In this document: one piece after another, positions 55,883 through 64,000 of the stretch
Numbering within the stretch: position 1 is the first letter of the stretch
Layout: each line of letters opens with the position of its first letter
Origin: Patescibacteria group bacterium
GTDB lineage: Bacteria; Patescibacteriota; Minisyncoccia; Moranbacterales; DUUL01
Direction: 5' to 3'
NCBI GenBank assembly: GCA_034660175.1
Contig: JAYEIQ010000004.1
Location: 4,152 to 68,151 of the forward strand
DNA length: 64,000 bases
Program-made: the position numbers and the translations under genes
Notes under the pieces: generated by a model
Told to the model about the DNA's origin: nothing
Seen by the model: only the letters and a program-made list of their open reading frames with translations
The model's database searches: none

Positions 55883-57583
55883 ATGAAACAGTCAAAATTG
55901 TTTGGAAAAACAACAAAAACAGTGTCAAAAGATTTGAAGGCACCAAGTCATAGATTTTTAATCCAAGGGGGTTTCATCGCAGAGTCTGTTGCTGGACGTT
56001 ACTATTTCTTGCCATTGGGAATGAAAGTTCGTGACAAAATTGTGAAGGTGATCGAAGATGCAATGAACAATTCTGGAGCTGAAAAGATGATCACTCCAGT
56101 GCTTCATCCACTTGAGCTTTGGCAGGAAACAAACAGAACAAGTACAGCAGGGTTTGAGCTTATGAGGCTGGAGGATAGAAGGGGTTCAGAATTTGCTCTT
56201 GGTGGAACCGCTGAAGAAATGATAGTTGACGTTGTTCGCAAATATAACATTAGCTATAAAGATCTGCCTTTTCATATCTATCAATTTTCTCAAAAATTTC
56301 GTGATGAGCTTCGTGCCCGAGGAGGGCTTTTGAGAGTGCGTGAATTTTTAATGAAAGATGGATATTCTTTTCATGTTGATGAGGAGGATTTCAAAAAAGA
56401 ATATGAAAAAATGAGGCAAGTTTATCTGGAGATCTTTGAGAAACTTGGAATGGATGCTTTTGTTGTTGAAGCGGACAACGGATATATTGGTGGAGATTAT
56501 TGTCATGAATTTGTTGTGGAATCTGAAAATGGTGAAAGTGTGTTCTTTGTTTCTGAGGACGGAAAATATGTTGCTCATGAGGATGTTGCAAAATTCAAGA
56601 GAGATGAAATAAATATCGATGAGCAAGAGAAAGAATTTGAGATCATCTCACAACCTGAGTGGGTCAAAACAATGGACGATGTCGCCAAGCACTATAAGCT
56701 TCCAACATCAAGATTTTTGAAAAACGTTGTATATAAGAACAGAGTCAGCGAAGAGATCGTGATTGCGACTATCAGGGGTGATTTGGAAGTCAACAAAACA
56801 AAATTGGAGCAGGTGTTGGATTGTGTTGGTGCTCTTGAGGAAGCGACGGCTGAGGATTTGGAAAAAATTGGAACAAAACCAGGATATGTTCATGCTTGGG
56901 GACATGAAAATTGCAAATATGTAGCCGATCTTTCACTTAAGACAGTCAAGAATTTCATTGGAGGACAAAAGGAAGAAAAAACAGATTCGATCAATGTGAA
57001 CTATGGTCGTGATTTTGAGCATGAAATAATTGATGACATTGCTTTGGCGAAGGATGGTTTTTTGACTGAAGATGGAAAACAAAAATTGACTCAGAAAAAA
57101 GGAATCGAGGTTGGAAACATTTTTCAACTTGGTCAGCACTACTCGTCAAAAATGAAAGCAACTTTTGTTGATGAGAAAGGTGAAGACAAGTTTTATTATA
57201 TGGGTTGTTATGGAATTGGAATTGGGCGGAACATGGCAACGGTTGTTGAGACGCATCACGACGAAAAGGGAATAGTGTGGCCTGAAGAAATTGCTCCTTT
57301 CAAAGTTCATATTGTTGAATTGGTAAGTGATGATGAAAATGTGAAAAAGACCGCACAGGACTTGTATGATGAATTGGTCGGTGTTGGAGTCGATGTGCTT
57401 TATGATGACAGAGCAGATCTCACTGCAGGTGAAAAGTTTGCAGACGCTGATCTCATTGGATGTTCATATCGAGTTGTGATCAGTGCAAAAACTCTTGAGA
57501 ATGAAAAGTTTGAATTGAAAAAGAGAAGTGAACAAGATGTGGAGATGTTGTCAAAAGAAGATCTCCTCAAAGTTCTAAAATAG
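55883..57583 (+). CDS. proS: proline--tRNA ligase
   Basis: class II aaRS motifs, ProRS N-terminal region (HRFLIQGGFIAESVAGRYYFLPLGMKVRDKI), C-terminal anticodon-binding domain; 566 aa. Confidence 0.9.
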   Translation: MKQSKLFGKTTKTVSKDLKAPSHRFLIQGGFIAESVAGRYYFLPLGMKVRDKIVKVIEDAMNNSGAEKMITPVLHPLELWQETNRTSTAGFELMRLEDRRGSEFALGGTAEEMIVDVVRKYNISYKDLPFHIYQFSQKFRDELRARGGLLRVREFLMKDGYSFHVDEEDFKKEYEKMRQVYLEIFEKLGMDAFVVEADNGYIGGDYCHEFVVESENGESVFFVSEDGKYVAHEDVAKFKRDEINIDEQEKEFEIISQPEWVKTMDDVAKHYKLPTSRFLKNVVYKNRVSEEIVIATIRGDLEVNKTKLEQVLDCVGALEEATAEDLEKIGTKPGYVHAWGHENCKYVADLSLKTVKNFIGGQKEEKTDSINVNYGRDFEHEIIDDIALAKDGFLTEDGKQKLTQKKGIEVGNIFQLGQHYSSKMKATFVDEKGEDKFYYMGCYGIGIGRNMATVVETHHDEKGIVWPEEIAPFKVHIVELVSDDENVKKTAQDLYDELVGVGVDVLYDDRADLTAGEKFADADLIGCSYRVVISAKTLENEKFELKKRSEQDVEMLSKEDLLKVLK

Positions 57584-57652
57584 CTTCCAATTCTCCAACC
57601 AAAGAACATGTTATGTTCATATAAGCATATATGAAAGTGCGGAAAAAGGAAT

Positions 57653-58090
57653 ATGGCAAAGGTGATTACTCATGTTTCGGATGATGGCTATGAAATGTTG
57701 TGCAAGCAGAAAATTTTTTGGAACCTGGATGTGCGTGAAAAATATGAATTTGAGCAAGAGCGTATCAAAGGTGCAAAGCTGGTTCCAGCGACTCATTTTG
57801 ATGAAGAGTTCGAAAAATTGAAGGTGAAGAAAACTGACAAAATTGATCTCTATTGTCAAACTGTAAGCTGAAGTGTCTTCATTGCTGAAAAATTGAGAGG
57901 ACAAGGTTTCAAAAGTATTTTCAACTTGGAACTCGGAATTATTGACTGGACAGATCACAACAAAAGGCCATTTGATTTTTTTTGTACAAAGTTATGTGTT
58001 TGTTTTGAGCATGCTCCAAACAAAACTCAAAAAACATGGAAGAAGCAAAAAATACAAATTGTCATAATTGCAAATCCGAATTCACAATAG
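57653..58090 (+). pseudogene. single-domain rhodanese gene interrupted by in-frame TGA at the active-site loop
   Basis: ...KIDLYCQTVS-TGA(57869-57871)-SVFIAEKLRGQGFKSIFNLELGIIDW aligns to rhodanese CRSGNRSAKAAELLKEAGFKNVYNLEGGILAW with TGA at the conserved Arg; 8-T homopolymer 57984-57991 downstream. Confidence 0.5.
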
Positions 58091-58519
58091 AATCGGAGGA
58101 TTTTGAATTCTACAAAAAGATCAATGTGCCAGCGCAGATATTTTGTCCGCTTACATAAAAGACGTTGAAGATTCAATTTTGAAAGAGATCATCGAATGTG
58201 CCAATGAATCAAATTGGTCGTGTCATGGGTCGGGTGTTTTCAGAATGATTCCATCAGAATTTGAATTTTATGAAAGGATGAATATTTCTTTGCCGAGAAT
58301 TTGTTCTGATTGTTGTCATGCAGAGCGAGTCAAGTAAAGAAACCCAATGAAACTGCAAAAAAGGAACTGCATGTGTGATCACAAAAATTATAAAAACAGA
58401 CAGTTACACTTTTACGGGAATAAGCAGTGCGAAAACACTCTTGAATCAACATATTCACCAGACAGTCTTGAGATCGTCTATTGTAAAAATTGCTATCAAA
58501 AGGAAACAGAATAGTTTAT
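58016..58519 (+). other. string of short Cys-rich ORF fragments in different frames (probable gene remnant)
   Basis: three pieces each with CxxC pairs: ...NCHNCKSEFTIESEDFEFYKKINVPAQIFCP; ...CANESNWSCHGSGVFRMIPSEFEFYERMNISLPRICSDCC; ...NCMCDH...CENTLE...YCKNCYQKE; first two share a C-x2-C...SEFEFY-x-+-x-N...C module but lie in different frames. Confidence 0.3.
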
Positions 58520-58559
58520 TTATGAATTGTTTTAATATTACTATTAATTTCCCTTAAAC

Positions 58560-58772
58560 ATGGAAGAGCAAAGCGATATAAACAAAATGCAAAAACGAGC
58601 AATGGAGATTTGCAACAAATATGAAAAAATTGAGCTCAAATCATGGTCGGAGCACGAGATAGTAGATGTTTTTTGGTCTTCTCTGGTCCTTGCCAAAAAA
58701 CTATATGTCAATTTGAAAGAAAAGTTCTATCAAGCGATGAATGAGTTGGATGGGAAAATATCGAATAAATAA
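58560..58772 (+). CDS. hypothetical small protein
   Basis: 70-aa ORF upstream of mreB, no family. Confidence 0.3.
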   Translation: MEEQSDINKMQKRAMEICNKYEKIELKSWSEHEIVDVFWSSLVLAKKLYVNLKEKFYQAMNELDGKISNK

Positions 58773-58794
58773 TTTTTGAAAAGAGGGAAAAATA

Positions 58795-59847
58795 ATGTTG
58801 AATAAAATATTTGGGAAAATTTCGAAAGATGTTGGTATAGACCTTGGTACAGCAAATACTCTTGTCTATGTGAAAGGCAAGGGAATTGTTATCAATGAGC
58901 CATCCGTTGTTGCTGTCAACAAAAGAACGGGACAGGTTTTGGCAATTGGCAAGGAAGCACGAAAGATGGTCGGCAAAACGCCTGGGCATATCATGGTGTC
59001 GCGTCCTCTTGTGGATGGTGTGGTTTCGGACTTTGAAACAACCGAGCAAATGTTGAAATACTTTATTGAGAAAGTTCATCGAGATTCATTTGCACTTTTG
59101 CCACGTCCAAGAGTAGTCGTGGGGATTCCATCAGGAGTCACGGAAGTTGAAAAGCGAGCAGTGGTTGATGCTACAATCAATGCTGGAGCAAGGCAAGCTT
59201 TTCTGATTGATGAACCAATGGCAGCAGCGATTGGGGCAAGACTTCCAGTTCAAGAACCGGCAGGAAACATGATTGTTGATATTGGTGGAGGAACAACTGA
59301 AGTTGCTGTAATCTCTTTGGGCGGTGTCGTGACAGCCAGAAGTCTTCGAATTGCAGGTGATGAAATGAATGAAGATGTGATCAGTTTTGCAAGAGACGAA
59401 TACAATCTTTTATTAGGTGAAAGGAGTGCAGAGGATATTAAAATTGCTATTGGCAGTGCATATCAATTGAATGAGAAACTTGACATGATGATCAGAGGAA
59501 GAGACCTGATCAGTGGTTTGCCAAAAGAATTGAAAGTGACAGACAAGGAAATTCGCACTGCACTTTCAAGATCTATCAAGATAATCATCAACAACATCAA
59601 AGCTGCAATCGAAGAAACACCTCCTGAGTTGATTGGAGACATCATGCAAAGCGGAATCATTCTTGCTGGTGGAGGAGGGTTAATCAGAGGACTTGATCGA
59701 CTGATTGCAGAACAAACAGAAATGCCAGTCAAGAGAATGGAAGATCCTTTGACCGCGGTTGTTAGGGGAACAGGAATTGTTTTGGAAGATCTTGATTCAA
59801 TGGTCGATGTTTTGATTGAATCAAGTGATGAGAAAAGATTGAGATAG
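58795..59847 (+). CDS. mreB: rod shape-determining actin homolog MreB
   Basis: IGIDLGTANTLVYV phosphate-1 motif, DIGGGTTEVAVIS, actin/Hsp70 fold; 350 aa. Confidence 0.9.
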   Translation: MLNKIFGKISKDVGIDLGTANTLVYVKGKGIVINEPSVVAVNKRTGQVLAIGKEARKMVGKTPGHIMVSRPLVDGVVSDFETTEQMLKYFIEKVHRDSFALLPRPRVVVGIPSGVTEVEKRAVVDATINAGARQAFLIDEPMAAAIGARLPVQEPAGNMIVDIGGGTTEVAVISLGGVVTARSLRIAGDEMNEDVISFARDEYNLLLGERSAEDIKIAIGSAYQLNEKLDMMIRGRDLISGLPKELKVTDKEIRTALSRSIKIIINNIKAAIEETPPELIGDIMQSGIILAGGGGLIRGLDRLIAEQTEMPVKRMEDPLTAVVRGTGIVLEDLDSMVDVLIESSDEKRLR

Positions 59848-59869
59848 GAGTTATTCAAAAATAAAACAA

Positions 59870-60679
59870 ATGAAAACAACACCAAGAAAAAAAATTATTG
59901 TTTTGGCAGTCGTGGTCTTAGCTATGTTTTTATTTGCTTTTTTGTCTCGAGACAGACAGCAAAAGCCTTTTGTGGGTTTATTTCAGAGTGTAATCAAACC
60001 TTTTTCATGCTTTTTTTCAGCTGCTGGTGGTTGGACAGGTGAGAGAGTTTCATTTTTCGGATCGATTGGGGAGCTGAAAACTGACAATGAAAAACTTTTA
60101 GAAGAAAACATGAATCTCAAATCGCAATTGGCGAATTTTCAAGATGTGAAAAAAGAGAATGAGCAATTGAGAAAACAAATCGATCTTGCCCCTCGCGGTG
60201 AATATGATCTTGAAGCAGCAATTGTTATTGGGAAGGATCTGAGTGGTCAGACGGAATTTGTTTATATTGACAAGGGGAGTAAACATAGAATCAAAGAACA
60301 AATGGCAGTTATTGTTGGGGAAGGAACTTTGATTGGGAAAATTTCAAAAACATTTCCAACCACCTCTCAAGTTGAGCTTCTGTTTGGAAAAAACTCAAAA
60401 GTGAATGCTGAAATTGTTGAGTCGGGAGCAAAAGGTATTGTTCGTGGTCAATATGGAACCGCAGCTGTTCTTGACATGATTCCCCAAACGTTTGAAATTA
60501 ACAAAGGTGACTCTGTGATCACGTCTGGAGTTGGAAATTTGATGCCCAGAGGGTTGTTGATCGGATATACTCAAGATCCAGTTGCAACAGCAGATCAATT
60601 GTTTCAGCAGGCATCTCTCGTTTTCCCAGTACAGATTCAAACAATTAGAGTCGTTTGGGTTGTCAGAGGGGCGAAATAG
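59870..60679 (+). CDS. mreC: rod shape-determining protein MreC
   Basis: N-terminal TM, coiled coil (LEENMNLKSQLANFQDVKKENEQLRKQ), C-terminal beta domains ending GDSVITSGVGNLMPRGLLIG. Confidence 0.75.
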   Translation: MKTTPRKKIIVLAVVVLAMFLFAFLSRDRQQKPFVGLFQSVIKPFSCFFSAAGGWTGERVSFFGSIGELKTDNEKLLEENMNLKSQLANFQDVKKENEQLRKQIDLAPRGEYDLEAAIVIGKDLSGQTEFVYIDKGSKHRIKEQMAVIVGEGTLIGKISKTFPTTSQVELLFGKNSKVNAEIVESGAKGIVRGQYGTAAVLDMIPQTFEINKGDSVITSGVGNLMPRGLLIGYTQDPVATADQLFQQASLVFPVQIQTIRVVWVVRGAK

Positions 60680-60700
60680 TTTTCCAAAAAACTTTTTTAC

Positions 60701-61237
60701 ATGAAAAAAACACTACTCATTTTTATTATTGTCGCATTCTTTTTGGACTATTCTTTTTTGCCAATGTTGCAGATGGATATTTCTTTTGGCGCAAACTTTT
60801 CTCTTTTGGTCTTGGTGGTGGTTTTTCTCAAAAGACAATATGTCGAAAGTTTCTGGTGGGCAGTTTTGGGTGGAGTGTTGCTTGATTATGTTTCATCTGT
60901 TCCTCTTGGCATGTTTGTTTTCTCTTTTTTACTTGTTGGATTTGGCTTGGAGTTTTTTCAGAAAAAACTTCAAACAAAAGCTCCAAATTCTTTTTCTCTG
61001 TTGTTCTTGTTTATCTCTTCTTTTGTTGTTGTTGAAACGTCTTGTTTTATTGTTCAGCAGGTAGCACATTTTTTGGGAATAATCTCATACACTGTCGTGT
61101 TTGAATTTGAGAGCATCAGACAATTGTTGTTTCTGAAAGTGACATTGTCATTTCTTGGAATATTTCTATTTACGATTGTTGATAAAATCGAATGGTTTGC
61201 AGGTGAGAAATCATTGAAATTGAAAATTGATAGCTAA
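60701..61237 (+). CDS. mreD: rod shape-determining protein MreD (polytopic membrane protein)
   Basis: 178 aa, 5 hydrophobic helices, position between mreC and mrdA. Confidence 0.55.
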   Translation: MKKTLLIFIIVAFFLDYSFLPMLQMDISFGANFSLLVLVVVFLKRQYVESFWWAVLGGVLLDYVSSVPLGMFVFSFLLVGFGLEFFQKKLQTKAPNSFSLLFLFISSFVVVETSCFIVQQVAHFLGIISYTVVFEFESIRQLLFLKVTLSFLGIFLFTIVDKIEWFAGEKSLKLKIDS

Positions 61238-61272
61238 AAATAGTTTTTGAAAATAAAAAGTTTTAATAATCC

Positions 61273-63234
61273 ATGGTTTTTTCATTCAAAAAAGGCCAAA
61301 AAGGTTTCGATATAGACAATCCTCTTGAAGTTCCAAGCAGGGTCGCGGAAACGCCAGAAGAAATGCAAGAGGACTTGATTTTGTGTGGAAAAAACAAGTT
61401 TGTTTTTTGGTCTGCAATAACGATTTTTATTGTGTTATTGTTGTCTAGGACTTTTTATTTGCAGGTTGTTAAAGGTGCATACTATAAAGATATTGCGGAA
61501 AACAATCGAATTCGAGAAGTTGTGATCAAGGCTCCTCGAGGCAAGATCGTTGGTCAACATGGACGGGTGTTGGCACAGAACATTCCCAGCTTTGAAGTAG
61601 TTTTTGTTGCTGCCCATTTGCCAAAGAACGAATTGAAGCAAAAAAAGATTTGTGATGAGTTGAGTTTTGTTATTGACATTGATCCAAATGAGATTTTTGA
61701 ATCATTTTCAAAAGTGAAAGACCATGATCGAAACATGTATTTGATCAAAGAGTCAATTGATCAAGACTCTGCACTTGAGATCATGGAAAGATCAAAGTAT
61801 TTGCCTGGGATTTACATTGGGAAAACTGCCAGAAGGGAGTATGTTGATGGAAAGATATTTTCTCACATTATTGGATATGATGGAAAAGTGACTGAAAGTG
61901 AGCTTGAAAAAAATCCTTCATACTTGATGACGGACTATATTGGAAAAGATGGATTGGAACTTACTTATGAAAAACTTTTGCATGGAACCCATGGAATTCA
62001 TCGATATGAAGTTGATTCAAACAATAACATCAAAGAGGATCTGGGGATGATCAATCCAGTGTCTGGGGATGGGTTGACCTTATATGTCGATGCAGGATTG
62101 CAGAGAAAAATTACTGAGGAATTGGAGAAGGTTCTTTCGGAAAATGAGGATGCGACGGGAGCAGTTGCAATTGCTGTTGATCCTCGAAGTGGTGGAATTC
62201 GAGCATTGGTCAGTTTGCCGAGTTTTGACAATAATCTTTTTGCAAAAGGAATTGAAACAGATGAGTATGCAGGTTTGATCAATGACAAAGGCCGACCTCT
62301 TTTGAACAGGGCCATTGCAGGAGAGTATCCTCCAGGTTCAATATTCAAGCCGTTTGTTGCAGCAGCAGCTTTGCAAGAGGGTACAATAACAGAGCAGACC
62401 TCATTGAATTGTAGTGGTGGTATTTCTGTTGGTGCTTGGACTTTTCCAGACTGGAAGGCTCATGGTCACACTGATGTTAAAAAAGCAATTGCTGAAAGTT
62501 GCGACGTGTTTTTCTATGCGGTTGCCGGAGGCTGGGGAAATATTACCGGGCTCAACATAACTCGTATTGAACAATATGGAAAAATGTTTGGATTTGGAGA
62601 TGTCAGTGGAGTTGATTTGCCGGGAGAATCGAATGGAAATCTTCCCAATGAAAGTTGGAAGTTCAAAAAGTTTGGAGAAAAATGGTATATTGGTGATAGC
62701 TATCATGTGGGAATTGGACAAGGATATTTGACGGTGACACCACTTCAGGAGGTGATGATGACTTCTATGATTGCGAATGGTGGAACACTCTATCGCCCAC
62801 AACTGGTGGCGGAAATTGTTTCTTCGACCACTGGAGAGAGACGAAAGATTGAACCACTGCTGATCGAACGAGACATCATATCGAGTGCAAACATCAATAT
62901 TGTCAAAGAAGGAATGAGGCAAACTGTGACCTCTGGAACGGGTGTCTCTCTATCAAGTCTTGAAGTTGCTACTGGCGGAAAAACAGGCACTTCTCAATTT
63001 GGGGCAAATGATAAGACTCATGCTTGGTATGTCTCATTCGGTCCATATGAGAAGCCAGAACTGGCGATGGTTGTCTTGATCGAAGGTGGAGGGGAAGGAC
63101 ATGAATGGGCTGTGCCAGTGACAAAGGAGACGTACAAGTGGTACTTTGATCAAGAACGTGGAACAATTAATTTGGAGGAAGAAGAAGAGATGATTGAAGT
63201 TTTGGAAACAGAAATTAAAGACACTCAGCAATAA
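61273..63234 (+). CDS. mrdA: peptidoglycan D,D-transpeptidase PBP2 (elongasome class B PBP)
   Basis: N-terminal TM; motifs SIFKP (SxxK), SCD (SxD/N), KTGT; follows mreBCD. Confidence 0.85.
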   Translation: MVFSFKKGQKGFDIDNPLEVPSRVAETPEEMQEDLILCGKNKFVFWSAITIFIVLLLSRTFYLQVVKGAYYKDIAENNRIREVVIKAPRGKIVGQHGRVLAQNIPSFEVVFVAAHLPKNELKQKKICDELSFVIDIDPNEIFESFSKVKDHDRNMYLIKESIDQDSALEIMERSKYLPGIYIGKTARREYVDGKIFSHIIGYDGKVTESELEKNPSYLMTDYIGKDGLELTYEKLLHGTHGIHRYEVDSNNNIKEDLGMINPVSGDGLTLYVDAGLQRKITEELEKVLSENEDATGAVAIAVDPRSGGIRALVSLPSFDNNLFAKGIETDEYAGLINDKGRPLLNRAIAGEYPPGSIFKPFVAAAALQEGTITEQTSLNCSGGISVGAWTFPDWKAHGHTDVKKAIAESCDVFFYAVAGGWGNITGLNITRIEQYGKMFGFGDVSGVDLPGESNGNLPNESWKFKKFGEKWYIGDSYHVGIGQGYLTVTPLQEVMMTSMIANGGTLYRPQLVAEIVSSTTGERRKIEPLLIERDIISSANINIVKEGMRQTVTSGTGVSLSSLEVATGGKTGTSQFGANDKTHAWYVSFGPYEKPELAMVVLIEGGGEGHEWAVPVTKETYKWYFDQERGTINLEEEEEMIEVLETEIKDTQQ

Positions 63235-63257
63235 GAATTAATTCAAGCATTAGTCAC

Positions 63258-63974
63258 ATGTCTGGACATTCAAAGTGGTCAACAATCAAACATAAAAAAG
63301 CGATCAATGATGCCAAGCGAGCAAACATTTTCACGAAACTTGCAAAGGATGTGACAATAGCAGCTCGTGATGGAGGTGATCCGGAAATGAACTTCAAGTT
63401 GCGCATGGCAATTGACAAGGCACGTTCAATGAACATGCCGAAAGATAACATTGAGCGAGCAATCAAAAGTGGAACGGGAGAATTGAAAGAAGGTGCCCAA
63501 ATTGAAGAGATTCTCTACGAGGCATATGGTCCGGGTCAAGTTGCCATACTGATAAAAACAGCAACAGACAACAAAAACAGGACATTGAGCGAAGTTCGTA
63601 ATATTTTGAACAAAAATGGAGGTAAGCCAGTTGAAGGCGGAGGAGTGAGTTGGCAGTTTGAGCAGAAGGGAGTCATCGAGGTAGAGCTGGGTTCAAAAGA
63701 CGAGGAAAGTGTTGAAATGTTGATCATTGAAAGTGGAGCTGACGACTATGAACTTGAAGACAAAGTTTTTGTTGTGTATACGAAAGTTTCTGAGCTTCAA
63801 AAAGTAAAGGAAGCTTTGGAGAGAGGAAATTTGAAAATTCAAGAAGCATCACTTGCGTTTATTCCAAAAGACACAGTGTCTGTTGATTGTGCAACAAGGG
63901 AGAAGTATGAAAACTTGCTCGAGGTCTTGGATGAGCAAGATGATGTGGTGGACGTTTTTGACAATCTTGGTTAG
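63258..63974 (+). CDS. yebC: YebC/PmpR-family transcriptional regulatory protein
   Basis: MSGHSKWSTIKHKKA...AKRANIFTKLAKDVTIAARDGGDPEMNFKLRMAIDKAR, three-domain YebC architecture. Confidence 0.9.
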   Translation: MSGHSKWSTIKHKKAINDAKRANIFTKLAKDVTIAARDGGDPEMNFKLRMAIDKARSMNMPKDNIERAIKSGTGELKEGAQIEEILYEAYGPGQVAILIKTATDNKNRTLSEVRNILNKNGGKPVEGGGVSWQFEQKGVIEVELGSKDEESVEMLIIESGADDYELEDKVFVVYTKVSELQKVKEALERGNLKIQEASLAFIPKDTVSVDCATREKYENLLEVLDEQDDVVDVFDNLG

Positions 63975-64000
63975 TTAGCATTCAGAATAGTTTCAACAGT

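Noticed and set aside
57869-57871. In-frame TGA in rhodanese as selenocysteine or UGA=Gly recoding (genetic code 25)
   Set aside because: The codon aligns with a conserved Arg, not the catalytic Cys. prfB with UGA-based autoregulation is intact and many genes terminate at TGA, so UGA is a stop here. A nonsense mutation is the simpler reading.
1-64000. Searched for rRNA, tmRNA, RNase P RNA, CRISPR arrays, transposases, integrases and phage genes
   Set aside because: No 16S/23S-like conserved blocks, no regularly spaced repeats, and no ORF with transposase/integrase/recombinase motifs (e.g. DDE, tyrosine-recombinase RHRY) were found by eye. Absence is stated with moderate certainty only.

Overview
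This window is a 64 kb chromosomal segment from a visibly AT-rich, small-genome bacterium. I judged composition by eye only and computed no percentages. The organism makes peptidoglycan and uses the standard genetic code: TGA is a stop codon in many genes, and prfB (release factor 2) is present with its canonical CTT-TGA-C +1 programmed frameshift. The gene content resembles a Patescibacteria (CPR)-like or otherwise reduced lineage: minimal dcw cluster, anaerobic class III RNR, a MEMO1-family gene, secreted nuclease, several decaying genes. That lineage assignment is an inference.

Layout from start to end:
1. Glycoconjugate island (positions 600-17400, about 17 kb). It holds 4 GT-B (GT4-like) glycosyltransferases and 3 SAM methyltransferases. 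It also holds a bifunctional ATP sulfurylase/APS kinase (PAPS synthase), a sulfotransferase-fold protein and a Wzx-like flippase. A large GT-C (PMT/ArnT-like) membrane transferase and 2 paralogous AbrB-type small regulators are present too. At its start sit a multi-lesion gmhA pseudogene and an HldE-kinase::CysQ fusion in which the kinase domain is truncated exactly at the junction.
2. Compositionally distinct block (18.5-23.2 kb) on the minus strand, visibly more GC-rich. It contains two paralogous secreted calcium-binding (thrombospondin-type-3 / FG-GAP-like) repeat proteins, one with a near-perfect 300-bp tandem duplication. It also contains a 630-aa unknown protein.
3. ExbB/ExbD-like pair, UDP-glucose 6-dehydrogenase, and a tRNA cluster (Thr-CGT, Gly-CCC and a truncated tRNA-like remnant).
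4. prfB-ftsE-ftsX.
5. A short dcw cluster (mraZ-rsmH-ftsL-ftsI-murF) with GTGG direct repeats at its promoter.
6. Convergent priA-def-fmt on the minus strand, plus a rhodanese-like gene and a MEMO1/LigB-family gene.
7. nrdR-nrdD. The NrdD glycyl-radical/zinc-ribbon module appears to be encoded as a separate 87-aa ORF downstream of a 713-aa catalytic body that lacks the radical motif.
8. frr, rseP, secreted/low-complexity proteins, DUF2207, DUF3048, an SNase-like lipoprotein nuclease and proS.
9. A decayed stretch: rhodanese with an in-frame TGA, and Cys-rich ORF fragments.
10. mreB-mreC-mreD-mrdA and yebC.

I found no rRNA, CRISPR array, transposase or integrase in this window.
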